Shown piece by piece: positions 50,450-61,480 of a stretch of DNA of 64,000 bases (position 1 is the first letter of the stretch; each line of letters begins with the position of its first letter). The notes below the pieces were generated by a model that was not told where the DNA came from, made no database searches, and was given only the letters and a program-made list of their open reading frames with translations. The position numbers and the translations under genes were made by a program. The stretch spans positions 16,234,357 to 16,298,356 of the forward strand of contig OZ316892.1 in assembly GCA_973895155.1 (NCBI GenBank), in the 5' to 3' direction. Origin of the DNA: Marsupella aquatica. Lineage: Eukaryota; Plantae; Marchantiophyta.

Positions 50450-53400
50450 GGGTATGACATGCGTGATAGTAAATAGGAAACACGTTTACTGGTACTAGCG
50501 AAAATTTACTGTTACCAGAAAAATGACAATGTAAAAATATTTCCTAAAAAATCACATTTTCCAAAAAACAAAATTGCCAACTGTTCTACTCCAAAGATTA
50601 CACCAACATCAATATCTCTTCTATTAGGGATGAAAGCCTTTATGTGTTACATGATGAGGCGGTTAAGTAACTACCTTAACCTCTAAGTATTAGGGTGTAA
50701 TGTAATGATCACTTACAGTTTAATCTACATGTCATAACACTCCCCCTTGGTTATTTTATTGGGGTATAAAAGAACCAATCTATGTAGAGTCTAAATGTAA
50801 GTGTAAGATTAAACCCTAGTTTAGTATGGCCTCATTAAAACCTTTCTGCTTTCTTCCAAAGGAAAGAGTGCCACTACTTACATGTCATAGGGTAATCATG
50901 GAGTAAATGCTCTTCAGTAGAGTTTAATGTAAATGATAACTCTAAATGTAATGAAGTGTCAGGTGTAAGGGTGTATGTAAAATGGTGTAGGTTATTGTAA
51001 TGTATTACTCGAAAGTAAATTGTCTATAACTTTGCTGATTTTTATCTTAGTCTTGTCTCGTTTTGCACCGTTTCTGTATTCTCTCATCGATTTTGAACAC
51101 TGTTCCTCAGTGTGTTCCGATCTATCGTTCCTTGGTCGTGATGGTCAGCGTTCGGATGGGCTTCATAATTTTCTAGGGTTAGGCTATCAAAATTTAGTAA
51201 TTTGTGGTCTGTAGTAAAGTGGAGAGTCGCCGCATTTCGATGCCCGCCGTGTGATCTTTGTGGAGAGATGGTGGAAGCGGTTTCGTAAAAAGATCTGCTC
51301 GGTTTTCTTTACTCGGTATCCACTGAACCTGAATCTTGTCACCATGTTGTTCATGCGTGAAGAAAAACTTAGGCGCAATGTGTTTAATCCTGTCACCTTT
51401 TATGAAGCCCTGAGTGATCTGGTTGACACAAGGTTGATTATCCTCATAAATAATCGTTGGTGAATTCAGGATTGGACGACCTGTGTTCTTGCTTATGTGG
51501 TCGATAAGTTGTCTCAGCCACAGGCATTCATGACTCGCTTCATAAAGTGCAATTATTTATGCGTGGTTAGATGATGTAGTCGTAAGGGTCTATTTCAAAC
51601 TCCTCCAAGATATGGCTGTGCTCCCTTGAAGGAATACGTAGCCTGTCTAAGATTTGGCATCGTCGGGATCGGAAAGATATCCGGCATCTGCAAATCCTGT
51701 GAGTTCAAGTTTTGCGTTGTGTGGGAAAAACAGTCCCAAGTCTGCTGTTTCGTGTAAGTATCAAAAAACTCTTTTGATTCCGTTCCAATGTCTTATTGTT
51801 GGTTGGGAGCTGTGGCGCGCTAGGAGGTTGATTGAAAACAAAATGTCGGGGCGCATCTGGTTAGCCAAGTACATGAGTGCTCTGATTGCAGAGAGGTAAG
51901 GTTTCTCCAATCCAAGTGTTTGTTCTTCTTCTGTTTGCTTCTTGAAAGTGTCTTTATTGGGATCGAGTGATCTCAGTTCCATCGGAGTGCTCACAGGGTG
52001 AGAGTTGTCCATGTTGAACTATTTTAATATCTTCTTGGTGTAGGTCGCCTGATGAATCAGTATGCCACCTTGCACATAATCAAACTGAAGGCCAAGACAG
52101 TATTTGGGTTCACCAAGATCCCTCATTTGAAATGTGCTTTTCAAATTTTTGATTGTCTCTTTAGTTATATAATAGGAGTACCAAAAATGTTAATGTCGTC
52201 TACGTAAATAGCGCGCGACAATGATATATTCAGTTCCTTGTTTTAAAAATAGACAAGGAGCAATATTGTCATTCACAAAGTCGAGTGCTAACATCTATGC
52301 CCGGAACGTTTTGTACCAGGTTCGACCACTCTGCTTAAGTCCATACATTGAGCGTAAAGCTTGTACTGCATATTCTTTTCTCATCGTCTGCATAGCAGAT
52401 CGCGATTTATAAGTTCTTGTATGTCTATGATTTTCTTGGAATGCACTCTGCCGTTGTTGGTTATTTAGAACTGAAGGTTCATTCTGTTTTGCATGCTTAG
52501 GAAGATACTTTGTAGGAGTTCTTCGTGTTGTCCCAAGTTGTAGATCATGGGATATGGTACCATTTCTCTCCCCCTGAATATGAAAGTTCATTCTTGTGAT
52601 TAACTCATGAGGGGCTTTCATGTATATAGTGGTGTCAAGTATGTCGTATAGATAGGCTGTCACCACGTCCAGGATGTGAAGCATCAACTTATGAGCAAGT
52701 GCGAAGGAGATCATGTATCTGTAGGTGATGGAATCCATTACTGGTGAATATGTAAGGTCAAAATCTCTTCCTAGTATCTGAGTATAGCCCTTTGCTTCCA
52801 GGCGGACCTTATATCGTATGACCTCTCCCTGTGCATTTCTTTTCTTTGTAAATATAAACTTGTATCCAGTAAGTTGTGTGTGAAGTGGTGCAGGAATGAT
52901 AGGTCCAAAAACTTCTCTTTGAATGAGTGAGTCTAACTTAGAGTTAATAGCTATTTCCCATTGAGGCCAATCGCTTCGCGATTGTGCTTCTTTCACTGAT
53001 AGTGGGTCCGATATCTCGTTTGTGATGTCTTGTGCGATTGCATACTAGGCAAAAATATCATCTATTATTGTATTGTGTCTATGCCATATTCTGCCAGTAT
53101 GCATGTAATTTATTGTAATTTCCTCATTTTCAACAGTCGTTGTGGGTAGTAGGGCAGTGTGTACCACAGGTATTGATGTATTTACTGTGTTAGTCTATGA
53201 TCTTCTTTGTCGAGGTTGATTGTCTCATGAACTTGGTGGTCGACCTCGCTTAGCTCATGGAGCTGCTTCTGAAGCTAATTGGCTTGGTGCAACTATCTGG
53301 GCAGGTACATTTCCTGCCTCTGTATTCGAACGTGTGACAGCTGCTGCATCATTAAATGCATCAGGTAGCTTCTCGAGCATCTGGTGAAGATGGATAACTC

Positions 53401-56400
53401 GTCTTACTTCATCATGCTGCTTGTTTGGTCCATGGATCATTTTGAAATGGATTTGGAGATTGCCATTGTATGATCTGTGTCTTTGATGTAGTCTCGATGT
53501 TTTTTGGATTTGTTAGTCGAGGGAACACATCCTCAAAAAATTGCAGTCTATAAATCTGGCCTTAAATACATCTGTTGTTGTCGGTTCAAGAAAACGTATA
53601 ATTGATGGTGAGTCATATCCTATATATATTCCTCTTTGTCTTTGGGGTCCCATTTTGGTTTGTTTAGGACCCATGATCGCAACAAGGACCAAACATCCAA
53701 ATGTTCAACGATGTGAGATGTTTGGTGGAAGTCCAAATGCCAAGTAATGTGGGGTATGTGAATTGAATGCAGATGGTCGGTATTTTAGCAATGACGCAAC
53801 ATGTAGGATTGCATGGCCCCAGGCTGTAATTGGTAGTTGGGTTTGCATAAGCAAGGGCCTAGCAATTAGCTGTAGTCTTTTGATTAATGACTCTGCTATT
53901 CCATTCTGGAAATGAACATGGGGAACTGGGTACTCGGTGTCTATGCCGGCTGTCTCACAGAAATCATCAAAAGTCTTCGAGGTGAATTCCCCTGCATTGT
54001 CTACCGTTAATGTTTTAATTGGGTTATCAGGAAACTGTGATTTCAGCTTCAAAATATGTGATAGTATTCAAGGAAAGACTAAGTTTCTTGTTGATAGCAA
54101 AGAAACCTGAGACCATTTTGATGAGGCATCAATAATGGCAAGGAAAAACCTGAAGGGGCCTAAAGGTGGGTCTATCGGTCCGCATACATTGGCATGGATT
54201 CTTTCAAGGAACCTTGGTATTACATGTGTAGTTTTTGATACTGCAGGTCTGATTATTAGTTTGCCTTGAGCGCAAGCCAGGCATGGTTGTTTCAACGTGG
54301 AAGGGTGTACTCCCCTAGGTATTCCTACGGTGTCCCGGATTATATGATGATACATCGTAGTACCGGGGTGCCCGAGTCGATTATGCCATGTCTCTGTTAA
54401 TGTGGGAACTGATCTTTCAGTGTGGAATGCTTGTATTTTTGTAATATATAAGCCTAGGGGGGAAATCGGTAAGATCTCCCTTATTTGCATTCCCATGTTT
54501 GTCTTTTCTAGTATCTGGAGGACTTCCCCTTTTCGGTTTTGTTTGTATGTATATGAAGTTGGTTGGTTGTGATGTCTTTGAAACTGACCAAGTTTTGTGT
54601 GGCCTTGGGTGCATAAATGGCGGAGCGGATATGAATGACTGTCCCTCCTGGGAATCTGACGGTGGCTGGGCCATTTCCTTCCTCGATTTGATTCTGACCT
54701 GTTATCGTTGTAATTTCTCTATTTGACTGGGAAATTTCTTTGAAGAATTGCCTTGACCAAAGGATCAAATGGGAAGTTCCACTATCAATGATGCAGTCAA
54801 AGGGATCTGAGTTGTACGTAATCTCAGATTCGTGATGGGCTGTGTGAGCTTCAGGCATATCTGTGTCTATGATATATGCATTTACACTCTCTGGTATTTC
54901 CATATAATTCCCTTGTGCCTCTGGTGTTTGCTTGTTTAAGCTTTCTTTATAGAGCTTAACTAGATGTGCTGCTGCTCTGCATGTCTTTTGGATGTGTCCC
55001 TTTGTGCCACAGCGAAAACAGAAGAGTGGAGTAAACTTATCTCATCTCTGGTGTTGTGTTCCTCGGCCAGAGCTTCGTCCTCAAAAACCATTTCTATTTC
55101 TAGGTTCTTGTGCTGCTTCATTAAATTCAGTCTGGCCTCTTCCACGGCCTCCGTAGCGACCTCGTACAAATGGTCGGCCTCTACTCCCCCTGAAGCTCCC
55201 ACGACCGCGTCCCCTCTATCTATTTGCTGGCTCATATAGGTGGGTCTCCGGTGTGGGTGGTAGTGGTGCGGTTCCTGGTGGCCTCACCTTTGCATTCTGC
55301 ATCAATAACATTTGGTGCTTCTCCGCGAGTAACATATGTGAGATTAGCTGTGAATATCTGGTAAAGTTCATGTTACGATACTGGGATGCCAATACCAGGT
55401 TGGTAACATGAAATGTAGATAAAGTCTTTTCGATTTGTTCAGTATCATCTACTGGGCTGCCGCAAACTGCCAGTTGTGAAGTTATTCTAAATAATTCACT
55501 GTTATAATTTGCAATTGTTGTGTGATCTTGTACTCGCAGATTAATCTAGTCATGGTGGGCTGTAGGGAGGGAGATGGTGCGCATATGATCGAATCTCAGT
55601 TGTAGTTCTTCCCATAGGATACGAGGATTATAGTGATTTAAGTACTGAGTCTTAAGTGGCTCGGCTAGATGATGTCTTATAAGAATCAGAGAGCTCTAGC
55701 TTTTTGTTGGAGGGTGGGGCCTGCATCTGTCAATATCGTATCTTGTAAATCTTTGGACGCGAGATGTGCTTCAATGTCCAATGACCAAGATAGATAATTA
55801 AGTCCATCTATTGACAGTGCTTGGAAATGCAATTTCTCCATGGAATTCATTGGATGAAATTTCATTTGTGGATGATAGGTCGTATCCTTTCAGTTTCCGT
55901 CGGGAAGTGTTACAAATAAGAAGTAATTTGTAATCTGTTTGCGATTAAAAAATGCATGTAAGGGTGATTGAATCCCTTGCCTTGTTGCACGTGCTTTATC
56001 AGATTGCTATCGTCTTTGAGGCTCGGATCTGCAAATTTCTCGTGGGTGGGATTGCTTTGGATTGAATTCGCCTTCCTTGATTCTTGTGATCCATTTTAAT
56101 GAATCCCTCGTAACCTGATCGACCGCAAATCTTTGGACTTGATCAATCAAAATGAATTGGATTCGCTACCATCTCCAAAAAATCTAATGCCCTCCACCAG
56201 CTCGTGCTGATAACGTGTTCTACTCCAAAGATTACACCAACATCAATATCTCTTCTATTAGGGATGAAAGCCTTTATGTGTTACATGATGAGGCGGTTAA
56301 GTAACTACCTTAACCTCTAAGTATTAGGGTGTAATGTAATGATCACTTACAGTGTAATCTACATGTCATAACACCGACAACATTTTTGGCTAGCGTTACC

Positions 56401-56565
56401 GGCGCCGAGCGCTAGCAAAAAAATGTTTTCGACAAACCAAATTTTTATTTTTTTTTAAATTCAAAAAAATTCAAAAAAAATTCAAAAAAAATCATCACTC
56501 ATTTTCCTGTTACCAAATTCTGTTTCCTGTTACTGTTTGTTGTTTCTTGTCATTTGTAAATACCC
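50450..56565. mobile_element. ~319-bp MULE-type MITE (50450-50581 plus 56379-56565), split by the Copia element
   Basis: 9-bp TSD CTACCCAAG at 50441-50449 and 56566-56574. Termini GGGTAT...ATACCC. Removing it rejoins TnpD as SPRTWV|EERE. Confidence 0.8.
50582..56373 (-). mobile_element. Ty1/Copia LTR retrotransposon, Bianca-like, with degenerate gag-pol
   Basis: 158-bp LTRs at 50582-50739 and 56216-56373 (TG...CA, one mismatch). TSD CCAAC/CCGAC. PBS CGTTATCAGCACG adjacent to the 5' LTR; PPT AAGGGGGAG. PR IIDSGTSH, WHNRLGHPG, IN DNAGEF, RT YSPVMD, GLKQSG, YVDD. Confidence 0.93.
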
Positions 56566-57450
56566 CTACCCAAGTACGGGGAGAGGTACAATCAATTGTG
56601 GCCAAATATGTTACTACAATAGAACATACTCTTCGCTGCTAAGTATCCTGTAGCCATGCTTCCCTCAACCCGTGCATAGTTATGTACATAACCTTTTAAC
56701 ACTGTCATGTATCGTTCTAGCCAATACATCCACCAACAATGCACATGACCTGCAATGGCCACCTCATGAACAAGATAAACAAGTAAATGCACTTGACAGT
56801 CAAAAAAGGAAGGAGGAAGGGCCTTCTCCAACTTTTATACCACCTCTGCTGCCAGTACCTCCATCCCAGGGATCTCGTCAGTATATATCTCCATAGAGCA
56901 TACCCATCTCAATAGTTTTCCCAACGACCAAAGGGCATCTTGCACTTCTTCACTTGCCAAACCTATTATGGCTATCATAAGTGACCTATGGTAGTCATAA
57001 TAGGTTTGGCAAGTGAAGAAGACCTATGGTAGTCATGTGTCTTGAGATACATTGGCCACTTATGATTGTCCTCCATCCCAAAGGCCTTTCGGAGATTGGC
57101 ACCATAACCAGTAGGAAACCGCATGTCTCCTATGCAATTCCAAAATTCCCTTTTGTGATGCCTAGCTAGGAATCACTGGACCTTGTTAAATAGTAAATCC
57201 GGGTGGTATACTGTACTAAAACTATGATGCCTAGCCAAGAATCACTAGGCCAGTTAAGTGGGGAAAACAGGAGTGTACCTTGGAAACACATTAGTATAGT
57301 AAACAAAACACGGAAAATATAAACAATTAAGGGTGACTATGGAACCCGGGCCGAGGCCGGAAGTAAGGTCGTCGGGGGTGAGAACACGATTAGGGTTAGG
57401 ACGCGCTAAGTGACGGCAGCTAGGGGTAACCAATGGGAGGGAAGACCAGG

Positions 57451-60400
57451 TGTCACGTCATCGGCTGCGGCCTTAACTCAGACTTCAGCTTAGAGGGGCA
57501 CATCCCTCGTAAATCTGAGGGTTCGGGCAGGAAGGGAAGCACGTAATGCACCTTACTCTCGTAAACTAGCGCTAAGTGTGCATACTGCTAAATACGGACA
57601 CCTCCTAGGTATGGTTTGTGTTCCGCCGCCGGAACGTACCTTAGTCGATAGCAGGATCGACCCTGGCTTAAGGGCTTCTAAGCCTTCGTGCTATCCGCCT
57701 TTGATCCGGATTCGATGATACAGGTCCTCAACCCGTGCTCGCAACCACTTACCCGCAGGCTGCACCCTGTGCATGTCTCAGGTAGTGCGTTCGGCCTGGC
57801 GCTGCCACCCATATACGAGAAACCCACACACATACACGTGCACATGCATACAATCTCGATTTACATGAAGGAAAATGATGGGAAAGGATTTTACTACAAA
57901 GGGAACATATGCGTACACTTAGTTGACCCGACAGCCCCGGAATGAATAGGTTCAAGGCCGAGGGTGCACACTACAACGGAGCCCGGCTCCGCACTCGCCC
58001 GGCGAGCTTAGTCCTACCCCCTCCCCTTGGTACTCTTTCATTCCCAGAGGTCGGGACTCCCCGCATCTACCGCGGACGCCCAACTCTGCAACTAAAAACC
58101 CCCCCTGCCTCTATCGAGGGGTGCACTAAATACTAAGGGCCGAGGGACGGGGTGTCCTCTCGCCGAAGATTCACTGACTAAGGTCTTAACTAAGCTGACA
58201 GTCAGGCCGGAAACGACTGTGTCTTATTAGAAGATCCTAATCTACGCAGGCTGGACAGCATGGCAGCAATGCTGTACCGAAGGCAGGTGCCTGTCCCAAG
58301 AACCTGACTAAGCTAGTCCTAATCCTAATCTATTCCTACTCCGCCGCTAATGCCTGGCACACTTGCCAGAGCCGCCTGAATGGGAGCGGCCATCCCGCTG
58401 CCTACGAAGCCTGTCATTGTCCGCCTTGAGGAGCTGGACCTGGTCCAGCAGAGATTCGTTCTCTCGCCTCGCCGCGTCCGTCTCCTCTGCTGCCTCCTGA
58501 CAAGCCTCCTCCAACTGCTGGGCGTCACTTGTCAGTTTACCCGCCAGCTGGTCCTGCTTCTCGGCCTTGCTTTGGAGCCGCGCCACCTCGGCCTGCAGCG
58601 TGGCTATCTCCACCGTGTCCCGTTGGGCCCGTTCCTTGGCCTCCTCCAGGTCTTTCTGCCAGGTGACAGTTTGATTCTTCAAACTGTCAATCAGGTTCTG
58701 GAGTCGTGTAATCTCGGCCTCGTTCCCAGCTTTGGCCTGTTCGGCTAGGGCGGTAAGAGCGTGCGCCTTTGCTAACAACTCATCGGCGGCTGCAACCTTG
58801 GGTCGTAGTTGCTGAAGCTCAGCCTCTTGAGCCGCAACTTCGTTCTTTAGGTACACGGACTCCACCCGGTACCGCTCTATCCTCTGAAGGGCCTCTGACT
58901 GGGCCCGTCCTGCCTTTACTACGGCAACCAACTCCTGATTGAAGAAACAGGCTACCTTCCGGGCCATGAACTCCCCGGTATCCCGCGCAATCTAATGAGA
59001 GAAATCTCCCAGAAGCCCATTCAGAAATGTACCCAGTACGAAGAGTTCCGGGTGGTCCAGGTTGTGCCTGTCCGGAGTTGGGCACGGGTAGACGTCAACA
59101 CGCGCGGGGGCCGGGGCAGTGACGTCCAGCCCTGGGGACGTAACGTTGGAAGGGGCTGGAGCATCCTCCTGTAGCAATGTCCGGTTCTCTGGAATAGCCA
59201 CTGGTGGGTCTTTGGGAGAACCGGGCTCGGGTAAGACCTCCGCCGTACCGACTTCTGTACTTAGCCCAGCCTGTTGGGTCGCATCAACGGTTGCGACACC
59301 CGACCCATCCGGTACCCCCTCGGTTACGACTACAGCTACTTGTGGAGGTGGGGTGGGTGAAGCTGGCGTGTCCGCTGGACTTCGGGCCTCGGGTTGGGGC
59401 CGTCTCTCCAAGGCCGGGAAAACCCACCTAGCTGGGACGAGCTTTGTAACGTTGACACGGGGAAGGGTTCGTCGATCAAACCGGGTGTACCACTCAAGAA
59501 TGATCTCGATGTGGCTAGCGAAATACGCCTTCCCGCCAATGTACAGCGTCTTCCTTCGCCGCTCCATCTCTTCATGGAATTTCTTAGCGAAGTACGACGC
59601 CCACCTCCTAGGTCAATAGTTCTCGACCTGGATAACCTGGGCGGCGGAGATCTCCCCCCAGGGTTCCATCATGTGGAGGGCGTACCTCTGAAACTCCAGT
59701 CGCTCAGCTATCTCGAGGATGAGGCAGGTCTTCATCACGAACCCGTTGTCCACTACTCCCTCTGAGGGAAAACTTGAAGATTGGTACTTGGCTCCCTTGC
59801 CCCCGGGAGCCCGTGATTCGACTCGATGGTCACCTTCGGGTAACCCGAAGATCATCCTAAGCCGTTCTTCCGTGAGGGACATACTCCTTCCCCGTAGCTG
59901 AGTATGTTGATGCGCGTCGTCAGAATTCCTGACGAACTCTGTCATGTCCTCCCCGTAGTACCTGCAAGTGTTCCAGGGGAGGGAGGCAAGGTGCTCGAAT
60001 CCCTGAGTCTTCAGGTACACCGCATGCTTAGGATGGAGGATGTTTTTGTGAACATTTTCCCCCATGCGGTGCATCGTCACCTTGGCCACGGCTACCGTGG
60101 CCAACGGTAACTCGGATGCAGTGGCGGATTCCTTCCTCTTCTTCCCCCGTGACTGGCTCAGGGAAGGTGACACCTCCCCATCCTCCCGATCGGGCCTAGG
60201 TAGTGCTACTGCCGTTAGTAACGGGCCCGGGTCAGCCACGGTCACCATGTTGTCTGCCGGGGCCGCTCCTGGGGTCAGAGCAGGGGGTGGGGACGATATA
60301 GTGTCGGCCCCCTGAGCGCTTGTTCCTCTGGGCCGCCTGGTCAAGGGTAGGGTAGCCTCGTCGTCATCGCTAAGATCCACAGCGTTGATGACGGAGCGTA

Positions 60401-61444
60401 CTTGTGCTGGCTGGGCGATCGGTGGTGGGGTTTGGCTAGGCTACGGCTGAGGCTGAAGCTGAAGCTGAGCCTGAGGTTGTATGGGTACGGGTACGACTGA
60501 GTTGGCCATGTTGGTTGCTAGCCGAGTTCCTATGAAGCTCTGTAGGTGCTGGTAGAAGTTCTCCGAAGCGAGTGTAGACGACCTTGTCGAACGGGTAGTG
60601 CTGGACTCGCTGTTGATGATAGCCCGAACCTGAGCAGGGATGTGGTTGAAGTGATGTCGCTGCAAGTCGATCGTACCCGGGATATTGAAGACCTCGTCCG
60701 GAAGCCGAAGCAATGCTTCCCAGAACCCGATATATTTGTCTCCATTGAAGAAGTACCCGGATACCTCTGCAGGTTGGTAAAGCTCGCTCTGAGACGGGTA
60801 GTCAAAGTTAAGGATGTAGTGGTGTCGTCCTGCTAGGCGGATGCCTCTCTCGTACTCGCGTTTGATTTCGTATCGGCGCGGGTTGGCGTGTTTTAATGAG
60901 TCGGCCAAGTGCCTTCCGGTAGATAGGAACTGCGTCCAGAATCGAATGGCCGAGCTGGAGAGGATCGTGTGCAACATTCAGAGGAGATAGTAGTGGCGAC
61001 TTAGAGTGAACGAGAGAGCTGGGGTCGAAGCTGGCGCGTGGACTGATGGACTGGTGCACTACAAAGGGTTGGCTCCCCTTTTATACCTTGAGGGCTTGTC
61101 GATCCCCCGACGTCTCCTTGACGCCCATAGGCTAAACCGCTCACGCTTGTGGTGTGCCGGCCACTCCGCCGGTCTGAGTCAGCGCGTGTCAGTGGCCGCT
61201 TCCTTAAGTTCGTTATACGGACCCGAGGGAGGGGCCCCTCCACGCTCGTAACCCGGGTGTGCGAATAGCGACCAGCCGCCAGTCCGAACCTGAATTCCCC
61301 CTTATTGCCTAATGATATCCTACCCATAATGATTACCTAAATACTGTCGTTATGCTAATAATAGCGGTCTAAGACACTCCTAACGCGCGTGCCGAGCGCA
61401 GTTAGACCGAATCACTAATTAACCGCCGTACCGGCGGCGTCACA
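57451..61444 (-). mobile_element. Family X element, copy 2: 3994-bp TG...CA element with internal ORF
   Basis: Starts TGTCACGT and ends CGTCACA. Perfect 5-bp TSD CCAGG at 57446-57450 and 61445-61449. Confidence 0.92.
58347..60977 (-). pseudogene. X ORF copy 2 (877 codons, three premature stops, no frameshift)
   Basis: ORFs 60441-60977, 59613-60380, 58992-59567 and 58347-58967 share one frame and are collinear with X1. The stops lie at positions that are sense codons in X1. Confidence 0.85.
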
Positions 61445-61480
61445 CCAGGCAGGGAGAGAGGTAAGGACCGCTCGCAAAGA

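Larger units (their letters stand above)
48155..57153 (-). mobile_element. CACTA family 1, 3' part (TnpD C-terminal half and subterminal region), interrupted by the MITE and Copia
   Basis: KREFWNCIGDMRFPTGYG, LKTHDYH, LPPSFFDCQVHLLVYLV...WMYWLERYM (56592-56831), PWVEERE... (50097-50449), FKCKWFKV...DECGFT...EPFTFP (49529-49819). TTGCAA/GCGAT repeats at 48160-48620. Confidence 0.8.

Noticed and set aside
13187-61444. X1 and X2 as giant terminal inverted repeats of one 48-kb element, or as inversion breakpoints
   Set aside because: Each copy has its own intact TSD (TTGGG and CCAGG), so they are independent insertions that have not recombined.
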